A stretch of 64,000 nucleotides of DNA, filler included, from an uncultured Methanosarcinales archaeon (GTDB lineage Archaea > Nanobdellota > Nanobdellia > Woesearchaeales > BS150m-G63), in the NCBI GenBank assembly GCA_964630685.1. It is 5 parts of 5 records of this genome, joined end to end, with 100 filler letters (N's around TTAATTAATTAA, not from the genome) between each part and the next. Parts side by side here need not be neighbours in the genome. Positions count along the whole stretch, not along the records: positions 1 to 30,235 come from CAZVVW010000001.1; 4 more parts are not named here. One strand, 5' to 3'. Below, one piece after another: positions 1-9,371 of this stretch; within the stretch, counting starts at the first letter, position 1, and every line of letters begins with the position of its first letter. The notes under the pieces were generated by a model. The model was given only the letters and a program-made list of their open reading frames with translations. It searched no databases and was not told where the DNA came from. The position numbers and the translations under genes are program-made.

Positions 1-2
1 CA

Positions 3-407
3 GTTTCAGCAGAATCTGCAACAACAAGTACTAGCTCAGTAACAACTCAAACTGTTACACAGATTGAAGTTGGAGCAGCAAAATTAGCAAGCGAAGTAGC
101 TGATATCACAGCAGTTAATGCTATTGTTATCGGTGGACCATGTGCTAATGCAGCAGCAGCAACATTGATGGGTAATCCATCACCATGTTATGCTGGATTT
201 ACTGAAGGCGAAGCAACTGTTAAGCTATATGAAAATGGCGGAAACGTTGCAATGCTTATTGCAGGCGCAACTGGTGACGACACCAGAACCGCAGCAAAAG
301 TAGTCGCTAATGGTGGAATCGCTGCTATAGATGGAACAGAAGCTGTTGTTACAACTCTAACTGAGACTGTAACAGTACCAACTGTTGTTGACGCAGACGC
401 AGAATAA
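3..407 (+). CDS. S-layer protein, C-terminal part (5' truncated by window edge)
   Basis: Frame is open from base 3. Reads AKLASEV..NAIVIGGPCANAAAATLMG..GEATVKLYENG..MLIAGATGDDTRTAAKVV, the typical archaeal S-layer C-terminal motif set. Confidence 0.8.
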   Translation, partial: VSAESATTSTSSVTTQTVTQIEVGAAKLASEVADITAVNAIVIGGPCANAAAATLMGNPSPCYAGFTEGEATVKLYENGGNVAMLIAGATGDDTRTAAKVVANGGIAAIDGTEAVVTTLTETVTVPTVVDADAE

Positions 408-417
408 GTGACCAACT

Positions 418-478
418 AAAAAGGGCTAACGCCCTTATTTTTTTTCTTTTTTCTTTTTTCTTTTTTTTACCTTTTTCT
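418..478 (+). terminator. Hairpin plus oligo-T terminator of the S-layer gene
   Basis: AAGGGC-TAAC-GCCCTT (421-436) followed by long T tracts, just after the stop codon. Confidence 0.7.
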
Positions 479-620
479 TAGTCTCATCCTATCTATAGTA
501 CCTAACACCTTTTTCTCTCCATGACAAAACAAGAAGATTTATCCCATAAATCGTCGAGCTTTACAAAAATATTTAAAAAAATATTTTAGCAAAAAAAACA
601 AAAAACGACTTCTAGTTCCA

Positions 621-686
621 TCCAGTCTACAGGACTTTCCCGTCCAATCCTCAGGACCTAAAACCTATCCAATTCTCAGGACCTAA
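621..686. repeat. Three copies of TCCA-N5-CAGGAC
   Basis: tccagtctacaggac 621-635, tccaatcctcaggac 643-657, tccaattctcaggac 668-682. Confidence 0.6.
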
Positions 687-876
687 ACTAAAAAATTAGA
701 TCTAATTTATACAACCCCTAAAAATAATTATTCAAATGACCTTCCAGTGTAATGGAAACCTCTATAAATAAACTAATTTTTATTCAAAAAAGATTGTTAA
801 TAATAATTAACACCTGTTAAATTAATTTAACAACCAAAAACATTTAAATATTTGTTCTTATATATAGTTATATAAG

Positions 877-1143
877 ATGACTCAAACTACAATTTTGCAT
901 AGTCCAACTTTAGAATCTGTGATCATGGTAGAAAAAACTATACAAAAATATACTCAAGAATGTGGTAAATATCAGTTATGGAAAAAATTACCTAAAAAGA
1001 TGATGTATCAAACCTTCCAAGTTATTTTAGATTATTTAATACAATCAGGGAAGATTCTAATAGATAAAGAAGGGTGTGTTATTTGGACATATGATCCTGA
1101 AGGAATCAAAAAATTTATTTCTAAAGGGCTTAAATTAAGATGA
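877..1143 (+). CDS. Small hypothetical protein, probable winged-HTH
   Basis: 88-aa ORF with a TATA-like tttaaata upstream. Helical segments followed by a beta-hairpin (ILDYLIQSGKILIDKEGCVIW). Confidence 0.65.
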   Translation: MTQTTILHSPTLESVIMVEKTIQKYTQECGKYQLWKKLPKKMMYQTFQVILDYLIQSGKILIDKEGCVIWTYDPEGIKKFISKGLKLR

Positions 1144-1162
1144 AATAACCCACGTTAAATCA

Positions 1163-1198
1163 AATACTTCTCCAATAACTTTCAACCTTATTGAAAAT
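1163..1198. repeat. 36-bp direct repeat, copy 1
   Basis: aatacttctccaataactttcaaccttattgaaaat. 34/36 identical to 3244-3279. Confidence 0.85.
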
Positions 1199-1251
1199 CT
1201 TTCAGAAAAAGAGGATATGAATTTATTAATCTCAAAATTTCATCTAAATGT

Positions 1252-2199
1252 ATGGATGAAACTAAATGTATTCATTGCAAGAGTAAAGAAATCATCAAAA
1301 AAGGAAAACAAAAGAACTCTAAAGAAATTAAGCAAAGATATTACTGTAAAGATTGCAAAAAAAGATTTGTTTTTTCCAGCCAGCCAGGAAAAAAATATAG
1401 TACGGCAATAATTTTAAATGCAATTTCTCATTATAATTTAGGAAATAACACTTATCAAAGCAGTAAGTTAGTTAATAGACAATTTAAAGTTAAAGTAAGC
1501 AATTCTATAGTGGGTGTTTGGATTAATGAATTTAAACGGCTTTGTCCTTATTACAAGATAAGAGATAAAGTAATCAACGAATATGGGAAAAATATTATTG
1601 CATCTAAATTATTTAAACATAAGGGACTTACTTATAATTATAAATATCATCGGGCAAAGATAGATTTTTTAGATAAAGAATTTAATGAATTAGTTAAATA
1701 CTTAAAGAGAATCAAAGACGATTTTCCACATGAATTTTTTGAGGTAAATAAAAGATGTTCATAATTGAAAATGAAATTAAATGGGATTGAAAACATTGAT
1801 AGAAAAAAGAGTTATGCTTCTGATCTAGCCAGATTTTCTGTGTCTGCTGCTAGAAATGATTACTTAAGACATAAAGTGATTGAAGAATTTATGCTTATTA
1901 ATGATGTCTGTACTGTTGCCATAGAAGTGCCAATATGGTTTTGGGATAAAAAATGGCAAAAAGGGATTTGTGGCCATATTGATTTATTACAAACAAGGGG
2001 AAATAAAATATACATTTTAGATTATAAACCTAAAGCTATATCTGAAAATTTATCAAAAGTTTGCTCTCAGTTATTTTTTTATGCTAAAGGGATCAGTTTT
2101 CGTACAGGAATCAAACTCAAAGATATCAGGTGTGCATGGTTTGATGATCAAGATTATTTTGAGTTTCAGCCAGAGAAAATTTTCAGGAAAAGAGAATAG
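1252..2199 (+). pseudogene. IS1/InsA-like Zn-ribbon + HTH + PD-(D/E)XK nuclease, split by an in-frame TAA at 1762-1764
   Basis: 1252-1764 has CIHC..QRYYCKDC and an HTH. 1765-2199 continues in the same frame with EVPIW..GHIDLLQ..ILDYKP. The junction reads RCS*LKMKL. Confidence 0.7.
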
Positions 2200-2204
2200 A
2201 AAGA

Positions 2205-2234
2205 TTTATAAATTAGTACCTATAAGGGGTACTA
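2205..2234 (+). promoter_or_regulatory. TATA box and palindromic operator of the MNT-HEPN operon
   Basis: tttataaa at ~2205-2212, then TAGTACC-N7-GGTACTA (2214-2234) immediately before ATG 2237. Confidence 0.55.
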
Positions 2235-2236
2235 TT

Positions 2237-2785
2237 ATGAAAAGTAAAGAAAACAAAGTAATTGAGTTATTTTTCAATAATCCAACTAAGGAATGGCACT
2301 TTGAAGAAATAGTTAAAGAAGCTAAAATTGCTAGAAGCAAAACTAATGATTGGCTAAAAAAATTCATTAAAATGAAATTAATTAAAAAAGTAAAAGAAAA
2401 AGGGAATATGCCTTATTATTTAAGCAATCACGATTCTTTGGAGTATAAACATAAGAAAAAATTATTTGGATTGAATCAATTATATAAAAGCGGATTTTTA
2501 GCCCATTTAAATTCTTTAAAAAAAACTAATTCAATTATTCTTTTTGGGAGTTTTTCACGTTCAGATTGGTATAAAGATAGTGATATTGATTTATTTATTT
2601 ATGGAGATCCAGAAGGACTAAAAATAGTAGATTATGAATTAAAATTACATAGAAATATACAATTATTTATTTGTCAAAATCCCATGGAATTATCAAAATT
2701 AGGAAAAGGTTTAATTAAACATATAATCAAAGGAAATTTAATTAAAGGGAATTTAGATTTTATAGAGGTGGTTGTTAATGCCTAA
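2237..2785 (+). CDS. HTH + minimal nucleotidyltransferase (MNT) antitoxin
   Basis: N-terminal wHTH and LFGSFSRSDWYKDSDIDLFI (GS..DxD) motif. ATG 2237 preferred over the ORF-track start at 2081. Confidence 0.85.
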   Translation: MKSKENKVIELFFNNPTKEWHFEEIVKEAKIARSKTNDWLKKFIKMKLIKKVKEKGNMPYYLSNHDSLEYKHKKKLFGLNQLYKSGFLAHLNSLKKTNSIILFGSFSRSDWYKDSDIDLFIYGDPEGLKIVDYELKLHRNIQLFICQNPMELSKLGKGLIKHIIKGNLIKGNLDFIEVVVNA

Positions 2786-3245
2786 ATATTTAACTCAAAA
2801 AGAAGCATTTATGAAATGTAAAAAAGAAGGAAATTTTTTAGTTGTAGAAGAAGTGAATTTAGAAAAAATAAAATCTACACTTTATATTGCGGATGCAGAT
2901 GTTGAAGCTGCAAATTATATTAAAAAATCTCTTCCAAAACAAAGCAACCAATGGAATAGTGTCTATAAATTATATTATGATGCTTTACACGAATTAGTTG
3001 AATCATTTTTGAGATTTGAAAAGACTAAAATTAATAATCATCAATGCTTATTTGTGTATTTATGTGGGGAATATCAAAAATTAGATTTTGATTGGGATTT
3101 TTTTGAAAAAGTAAGAACTAAAAGAAATGGAATCAATTATTATGGCACCCCAATTGATTTTAATGACTGGAAAGAAGTTGAACTTCAGTTTATTCTTTAT
3201 ATTAAAAGATTAAGAGAAGAAATTAATAAGAAATTAAGAGATTAA
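2778..3245 (+). CDS. HEPN-domain protein (toxin partner of MNT)
   Basis: Overlaps the MNT stop. LYYDALHEL, NHQCLF and RTKRNGINYYG (R-X4-Y HEPN variant). Confidence 0.75.
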   Translation: MPKYLTQKEAFMKCKKEGNFLVVEEVNLEKIKSTLYIADADVEAANYIKKSLPKQSNQWNSVYKLYYDALHELVESFLRFEKTKINNHQCLFVYLCGEYQKLDFDWDFFEKVRTKRNGINYYGTPIDFNDWKEVELQFILYIKRLREEINKKLRD

Positions 3246-3279
3246 TACTTCTTTAATAACTTTCAACCTTATTGAAAAT
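3244..3279. repeat. 36-bp direct repeat, copy 2
   Basis: aatacttctttaataactttcaaccttattgaaaat, starting at the HEPN stop codon. Confidence 0.85.
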
Positions 3280-3319
3280 TCTCCAATAAAACCCACATAA
3301 CACTTATTAATTTTAACTT

Positions 3320-4327
3320 TTATTCACCTAGTTGCATTAATCCATAACAGGCTGGAGCGCCAAGATAAGATCCGATAAGAGTACCTGCACCAGGGTCTAT
3401 AAAAGTTCCGATAGCACTTCCAATTGCAGAAAATAAAGTTATTCTACTTGCCCTTCCAATAAAACTATCCCCAAATTCATAAGGCAAATCATCTCCAATC
3501 CCCCATGCACCCAGTAATCCTAAAGAAGTGCCAATTCCTATACTGGCCATTCCACCAATAGCACCATTTAATAAGGTTAAATTAAGCATGGTATCTATTT
3601 GATTAATTGCATTTGTAAAAGAGATATCAAAAAATCCAGTATTATTAGTCATATCTTCTGCTAAGTCAAAGATATATTTATTACCTTTATAAACACCATA
3701 AGCCAATCCTCCAGCGATACCTGCACCAAAAGTTGTTTTTAGTATTGGTTTATATGCTTTGCTAATTAAATCCTTTAAAGTGCCTCCAATCTTGCTTGTT
3801 GTATATAGTAGTTTGTCAGATGATCTACTAACTATATCGGTTAATTTATTTTTTGCTTTTCTTATTTTACTGTTTGATTTAATATTCTCTTTAGTAATCT
3901 CTTTATTTTTTTTATAAGTCTCATTTTCAGGATTTAGCTTTAAGGCGGCATCATAACATTTTAATGCAGATTTTTTGTCTCCTAATTTAGAAAAAAGATA
4001 CCCCATATTATTCCATGTAGGAGAATATTCTGGATTTATATCCAGCACCTTTCGATAACATTCATTAGCTTCTTTGTGTTTGCCCAATTTCTCCAAATCT
4101 ATCCCTTTATTATTCCAATATTTACAATTTTTTAATTCCAAATCAATAATATCATTATATCTTTTCATTAATTTATCAAACTCTCCATCTTTATATGGTT
4201 CTCTTGCTTTTTCAAATAAATCTTTTTCTTCTTTTGATTCTTTTTCTGAAACATCTATTTTTATTTGTTTGATAATCCCCTCTAGTTTTTGTTCTAAATT
4301 CTGTTGTCCAGAAGAACATTGAATCAT
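3320..4327 (-). CDS. TPR protein with C-terminal hydrophobic glycine-zipper region
   Basis: WNNKG..A..CY..VLDINP TPRs. C-terminal GAIGGMASIGIGTSLG and AIGSAIGTFIDPGAGTLIGSYLG. Confidence 0.75.
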   Translation of the reverse strand: MIQCSSGQQNLEQKLEGIIKQIKIDVSEKESKEEKDLFEKAREPYKDGEFDKLMKRYNDIIDLELKNCKYWNNKGIDLEKLGKHKEANECYRKVLDINPEYSPTWNNMGYLFSKLGDKKSALKCYDAALKLNPENETYKKNKEITKENIKSNSKIRKAKNKLTDIVSRSSDKLLYTTSKIGGTLKDLISKAYKPILKTTFGAGIAGGLAYGVYKGNKYIFDLAEDMTNNTGFFDISFTNAINQIDTMLNLTLLNGAIGGMASIGIGTSLGLLGAWGIGDDLPYEFGDSFIGRASRITLFSAIGSAIGTFIDPGAGTLIGSYLGAPACYGLMQLGE

Positions 4328-4890
4328 TTTCTAATCCCTCTATGATTCAAAGCATCATCTAAATTAATAAAATAAGATATTTCTTTAGGATTCAATTCTA
4401 TAGCTTTTAAGTAAGATTCAATTGCTTTATTGTAATCTTTTTTTGCGTGTAATGCATACCCTCTACCATTCCACATTACACTATTTATAATCTTATTTTC
4501 TTTAGGGGATAGCTCTAGTGCTTTATCATAACATTCGATTGATTCTTCTAAGATTTGAATGGACTTTTCTTTTCTAATATCTGAAGGATATTTTTTTAAA
4601 TATTCTTCTAAATTTCCTAATTTCCTTAATGAAACACCTTTACAATTCCATCCAGGATATTCGTTTGGGCTTATTGTGATAGCTTTATTAAAACACTCAA
4701 TAGATTCTTCTAATTTTCCCTGCATTGTTAATACAGTTCCTTTATTGATCCAAGCAGAATAATTTTCATTCCATAAGTCTATAGATTTATCATAACAAAT
4801 TATTGATTCACTATATCTTTTTTGTCCTGTTAATTTAAATCCTTGTTCACCCCATATTTTACTTTCTAATATATTATGTTCTTTTTCCAT
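4324..4890 (-). CDS. TPR repeat protein
   Basis: Four to five TPRs (AWINKG..ESIECFNKAI). GGGGTGA RBS before ATG 4890. Confidence 0.85.
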   Translation of the reverse strand: MEKEHNILESKIWGEQGFKLTGQKRYSESIICYDKSIDLWNENYSAWINKGTVLTMQGKLEESIECFNKAITISPNEYPGWNCKGVSLRKLGNLEEYLKKYPSDIRKEKSIQILEESIECYDKALELSPKENKIINSVMWNGRGYALHAKKDYNKAIESYLKAIELNPKEISYFINLDDALNHRGIRK

Positions 4891-4904
4891 TCCAATCACC
4901 CCTT

Positions 4905-5372
4905 TTAAGAATTAATTAACCCAACATCGTCTAGAGATTCCATGAATGCTTCTTTTTTGAGTTCTTCTATTACAAAATAGTATTCATTCTTTTTGATGTT
5001 AAATCTTTCTTCTAAATCTTCATTGAATTCTTCTAAATTTTTTATGTGTCTGAAAACACCGTCAACCATAAAATCAAATCCATTGCTTACTTTAAAGATG
5101 GAATTAACATTGAAGTTGCTTTCCAAGTAATCTTTTAGTGAATCTTTATCTTCTTTAATTACTTTTATTAGAAGTTGTGCTCTTGTGTTAAAACCGAGTT
5201 TTCCAAAATCAATTAAACAAGCGTTTTTTTTGATCAATCCTTGGTTGTAGATTTTTAATTTTTCATAGATGGTACTTATAGGAATGTTTGTTTTCCTGCT
5301 TAATTTAGTGAGTGTTTGTCGAGCATCTTGTCGTAAACAACTCAAAATCATCATTTCTTTTTTTGATAACAT
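4905..5372 (-). CDS. Lrp/AsnC family transcriptional regulator
   Basis: ILSCLRQDARQTLTKLSRKTNIPISTIYEKL HTH, DFGKLGF linker and a RAM domain. Confidence 0.88.
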   Translation of the reverse strand: MLSKKEMMILSCLRQDARQTLTKLSRKTNIPISTIYEKLKIYNQGLIKKNACLIDFGKLGFNTRAQLLIKVIKEDKDSLKDYLESNFNVNSIFKVSNGFDFMVDGVFRHIKNLEEFNEDLEERFNIKKNEYYFVIEELKKEAFMESLDDVGLINS

Positions 5373-5527
5373 TTGTTTTACCCCATTTTCGAATAATCTT
5401 TTGATTGCCCGAATATATTTCAATTATAGTGAAAGATTTATATATATTTAATCAATATATTCTATATACTAGTATAGAAATATAGAAAACCGAAATATTT
5501 ATATAATTTGGACCTTTTTTGTTAATT

Positions 5528-6448
5528 ATGAAAAGAAAATTAGTGAAACAAGGTGGTTCTGCTATAACTATAACGCTTCCAAAGTTTTGGGTTGATAAGT
5601 ATGGGTTAAAACCAGGAGATGAAATCAATGTAGAAGAAAGGGGAAGGGAGTTGAGTATAGGGACTGAAAAAGAAGAAAGTGGAAGAATTACAACTTTAGA
5701 TGCCAAACAACTTAATGAGAGAACCTTGAGGTGGGCATTATCGAGTTTACATAAAAGTGGGTATGATTCTATTGAAGTTCTTTTTGAGGATTTTAAGGTT
5801 ATGGATATTGTAAATGAATTAGTTAAAAATTTATTTATGGGGTTTGCAGTTGTTGAACAAAGTACTAAAAGGTGTTTGTTAAAAAATATTTCAAAAGAGC
5901 TTGAGTCTGAATTTGACACTATACTAAGAAGAGCTTTTTTAGTCACAATGTCTATGGGGGAAAGTACTTTAGAATTAATTAAAGAAAAAAATTTCAAAGG
6001 TATGAATAGTTTGATCTCTTTAGAAAATACAAATAATCAATTGACTAATTTTTGTGAGAGATTGTTAAACAAAAAAGGGGCTAAAGATCACAGAAAAACT
6101 TGTTTTATGTATGTTATAACTTGGAATCTGGAAAAAATATGTGATAATTATAAATATATCTGTAATTATCTTGCTGAAAAAAAGAATGCAAAATTAAATA
6201 ATGGCACAATAGGGTTTTATGAAAAATCAAATAACTTAATGAGGGGATATTATGAGATATTTTATAATTTTGATATCCAAAAACTTAGCGAGTGGAGTGG
6301 GGACAGAAAAAAATTAGTTAAAGAGGGTCAGAAAATAATAATGGAAGGAGATGATTCTGATAGGATGGTTATCCATTATTTACAAAATTTAATTTATCAA
6401 CTTGCAGACTTTTCTGCATCAACTATAGCAATAAATCAAATTGATTGA
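5528..6448 (+). CDS. AbrB-PhoU phosphate uptake regulator
   Basis: RKLVKQGGSAITITLPKFW AbrB domain and PhoU helices (NLEKICD). Confidence 0.85.
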   Translation: MKRKLVKQGGSAITITLPKFWVDKYGLKPGDEINVEERGRELSIGTEKEESGRITTLDAKQLNERTLRWALSSLHKSGYDSIEVLFEDFKVMDIVNELVKNLFMGFAVVEQSTKRCLLKNISKELESEFDTILRRAFLVTMSMGESTLELIKEKNFKGMNSLISLENTNNQLTNFCERLLNKKGAKDHRKTCFMYVITWNLEKICDNYKYICNYLAEKKNAKLNNGTIGFYEKSNNLMRGYYEIFYNFDIQKLSEWSGDRKKLVKEGQKIIMEGDDSDRMVIHYLQNLIYQLADFSASTIAINQID

Positions 6449-8538
6449 GCTATTGATTCTAATTCTTTAAGTGCTATAGTCAAATTATTATAGCTTTTAT
6501 TATTTTGGCCAAAGTAATCTTTATGTTCAATAGATAATCTATCAATTGCATGGAGTGCATTATTTACTATTATTTTTCTACTCCCCCAGAGAGACTTTCT
6601 GTTCGGGGAAGACCAGGCAGAATAAAGTGAGATAGTTCTTTGTACAATCGCATTCAAATACCTAAACTCATTTATTTTTTCTAATGCAGTTATGTCTCCA
6701 GAATGTTCAACATAACATTGTTTGTATAAATCTATTACTTCTTTTCTTTTTTTATCACCTTGAGAATCATTTGTGAAAAAGTCTGAGTATTCTATCAGGT
6801 TGGCTAAATCAAATTCTACAGGTACAGCTCCTTTGTTTTCAATATCTATTGCTACAATTTCATTATATTCTGTTATTAACCAATTTTGTGGATGGGCATC
6901 TTTATTGAAAACCATTATAGCATCATCAAAAGCATGAACAATAGGATCTATGTTATTAACTATCAGATTTTTTAAGCTAGAATCCACATAAGGCACTTCA
7001 TTGAGTACCTTTTCTATTTTTTCGCGGTAATTTAGTGTTTTAAGCCCATAAAGAGAGGTTTTAGCATGGATTAGGGATAAATATTCAGCTACACCTTTGA
7101 TGTGCTCAAATGGCTCTGTTTTTGATTCTATGAGCTCCATAAGGGTTTTTCCACTTTCTCTCATCATTGCATAGATGTATTTGCTATCATATTCTGTTAT
7201 GTTTATGTCTTGAGGTACTTTGTATTGAGAATAAGAAGAAACTAATCCTTCTAACTCATTAGTTAGTTTAATCTCTTTTTCTAAACTTTCTTTATCTCTG
7301 CTTTCTTTAAAGATGAATGAGTTTTTTAGAATTCCCCCTTCCCCAACTATCAACACTTTATTTTTACTTTCACCTATTTGTTCATATTCTAAAGAATCAT
7401 CTTTTAATATTAGCCCAATTACTTTTTTCCATTGTGGTTCTGCATTTTTTTTCATAACATCAAGAGCATAAGCATATAAACAGTTTAAGTCTAAGTCATT
7501 TTCAGGATATTTTTTTATAGAATCTTCAAATGTTTTGCAGGCGTTATTGAAATTGCCAATTGAAAAATGATCTATTGCTAATTCTAAATAATCATCAATT
7601 GTTGTTTTTTCAGAATCAATCAATTTAGTTTTCTTTTTGATATTTTTTACATTTCCTTTTCTTATAATTGGCGCGGAGTTCATTATTTTGAGCCATAAAG
7701 AATCTTTTCTTGAAGATCTATTGATATATTCTCCATAATGTTGTATTGTTTTTGGAAGATTTTTTTGTCTTTGATAGATATCACTCAACACTAAATGATT
7801 CCATGAAGAAGGATTGATAGAGATTGCTTTTTCAAGAAGTTTTTTTGCTTTTCCATATTTCTTTAAAGCCATCATCCCCACTCCTGGCAACATATAACGA
7901 TTAGAATTGATATCTTTTGAATTGATAAATGGAGAAATTAATTTTGTAAGTAGATAAAAACCAACAAAATTAACTGATAGATTTATGGCAGCAGCTTGAT
8001 GATATTGAATAGGTGGTTGTAGTTGAGTGAAGACATCAATTATTTCATTGAAACTATCCCCTCTTTTCCAGAAATTATGTGCCATTTTTATTGCAATTTG
8101 TTCTATCTCAAAATATTTTAAAGGAGGATTAAAAGTTTTTATAGTTAAAACTGTTGCAGTTGTTTTTGGGTGTTTTAATGGCCAATCATATATCTTTTTT
8201 AAGATTCCAGAAAAACTTTTTTTATCTTTTAATGGTTTAAGTTTTATTAGGTTTTCTAAGTTCTTTTTTGCATTTTTTTCTAGAATTTCTTTTTTATCTT
8301 TTTTGGATTGGATAAATTCATATCCTAGGTACCCTAAAAGTGTAGCACTAACTGTTATGGCTTCTTGTGAAAAAACAGTCATAACTTTGGTTGGACTAAT
8401 TAAATAAATTGGTTCAATTAAAGAGTAAAATCCATATCCTATTCCCAACCCAACTACTTTAGGATATTGATTATACAAAAACTTGCCTGTTTTCTTGACT
8501 ATGTCTTCTAGTTTGGAATTCAACCTATTACTCCCCAC
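6436..8538 (-). CDS. Membrane-associated TPR + APH/protein-kinase-like protein
   Basis: N-terminal hydrophobic segments, TPR-like helices, and a kinase fold with FIFKE, KDAHPQNW and IDIE motifs. Confidence 0.7.
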   Translation of the reverse strand: MGSNRLNSKLEDIVKKTGKFLYNQYPKVVGLGIGYGFYSLIEPIYLISPTKVMTVFSQEAITVSATLLGYLGYEFIQSKKDKKEILEKNAKKNLENLIKLKPLKDKKSFSGILKKIYDWPLKHPKTTATVLTIKTFNPPLKYFEIEQIAIKMAHNFWKRGDSFNEIIDVFTQLQPPIQYHQAAAINLSVNFVGFYLLTKLISPFINSKDINSNRYMLPGVGMMALKKYGKAKKLLEKAISINPSSWNHLVLSDIYQRQKNLPKTIQHYGEYINRSSRKDSLWLKIMNSAPIIRKGNVKNIKKKTKLIDSEKTTIDDYLELAIDHFSIGNFNNACKTFEDSIKKYPENDLDLNCLYAYALDVMKKNAEPQWKKVIGLILKDDSLEYEQIGESKNKVLIVGEGGILKNSFIFKESRDKESLEKEIKLTNELEGLVSSYSQYKVPQDINITEYDSKYIYAMMRESGKTLMELIESKTEPFEHIKGVAEYLSLIHAKTSLYGLKTLNYREKIEKVLNEVPYVDSSLKNLIVNNIDPIVHAFDDAIMVFNKDAHPQNWLITEYNEIVAIDIENKGAVPVEFDLANLIEYSDFFTNDSQGDKKRKEVIDLYKQCYVEHSGDITALEKINEFRYLNAIVQRTISLYSAWSSPNRKSLWGSRKIIVNNALHAIDRLSIEHKDYFGQNNKSYNNLTIALKELESIAQSI

Positions 8539-8656
8539 CTCAAATGTTCTTTAAGTGTTTGATTTTATAAATTTTGTTATAAAAATGAGTTTTTAGAGAT
8601 AATTTTATATAATAGTGTGGATTTTGATATACTAGGCACTTAAAGAAGAAACTAAA

Positions 8657-9064
8657 ATGGTAATGTTGTTTGATAGGTTTAATTTATCTGAAGATATTTT
8701 CACTATTCTATTTGCTACAGAACAACAGAGTTTAGTGGCCAGACTTTTAATTGGGTATATAAAAGACAATGAAGGCGAGATAACTAAAACAGAGATGTCT
8801 ATGTTTGCAACACAATTACATGATGGAAACTATGTTGTGGGTGGAGATGTTGTTAAGATGAAAGTTAAAACTGTTAAATTGAGTTATAACAAAAGACAAT
8901 TTTATGATAGAATTCTTACACCTTTGAAATCCATGGGTTTGGTGGATTATGATTTGTATAAGAAGACTTATAGGATTAGTGAAAACTTTAATAAAGAGAT
9001 GACTAGAATAGGGTTGTTGTGGCTTAGGGAACTGCGAAAATCTCCTTTGAATTTAAAGAAATAA
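8657..9064 (+). CDS. Hypothetical protein, probable winged-helix
   Basis: 135-aa ORF. QFYDRILTPLKSMGLVDY..KTYRIS resembles a wHTH wing. Confidence 0.65.
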   Translation: MVMLFDRFNLSEDIFTILFATEQQSLVARLLIGYIKDNEGEITKTEMSMFATQLHDGNYVVGGDVVKMKVKTVKLSYNKRQFYDRILTPLKSMGLVDYDLYKKTYRISENFNKEMTRIGLLWLRELRKSPLNLKK

Positions 9065-9076
9065 TTATTTGAAAGT

Positions 9077-9289
9077 TTATTTGAAAGCTAATTTAATATC
9101 ACTACTTTTAACTGTTTTTCTTCCAGAATGTTTTGCTATCTTGATAGCTCTTTCAGATACTTCTTCACCAATATCTGTGAGAATTTCAGCTAGAGTGTTC
9201 ATAGCATCTGCACTCACTCTTTGTGCACCTGCTTTTACCATTATTCTCCCTACAGGAGCTCTAGGTATTATTTCAGTTCTTCGTGACAT
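9077..9289 (-). CDS. Archaeal histone (HMf family)
   Basis: IPRAPVGRIM..GAQRVSADA..AKHSGRKTVKSSDIKLA histone-fold signature. Confidence 0.95.
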   Translation of the reverse strand: MSRRTEIIPRAPVGRIMVKAGAQRVSADAMNTLAEILTDIGEEVSERAIKIAKHSGRKTVKSSDIKLAFK

Positions 9290-9371
9290 ATAATAAATTT
9301 AAAGCAAAAGAGTTTAAATAAGTTTTGATTTTCTCATAAGTTTTTTATACTTTAACTCTTTTTATTTTTTT

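Noticed and set aside
742..759. Origin recognition box (ORB) / oriC
   Set aside because: The TTCCA..TGGAAAC spacing differs from the canonical ORB, there is no G-string, and no cdc6/orc1 gene is adjacent.
1252..1764. Intact IS1/IS6 insertion sequence
   Set aside because: No DDE domain and no terminal inverted repeats seen. The in-frame downstream domain is a PD-(D/E)XK nuclease.
1762..1764. Stop-codon reassignment or programmed readthrough
   Set aside because: TAA terminates many clear genes in this window. A single nonsense mutation or base-call error is simpler.
2081..2236. N-terminal extension of the MNT ORF
   Set aside because: It overlaps the nuclease gene. The TATA box and operator point to ATG 2237.
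5452..5997. Antisense ORFs in the track (this one and e.g. 8027-8407, 14716-15063, 28379-28708, 44487-44900, 63251-63436)
   Set aside because: They lie opposite well-supported genes and show no recognisable motifs.
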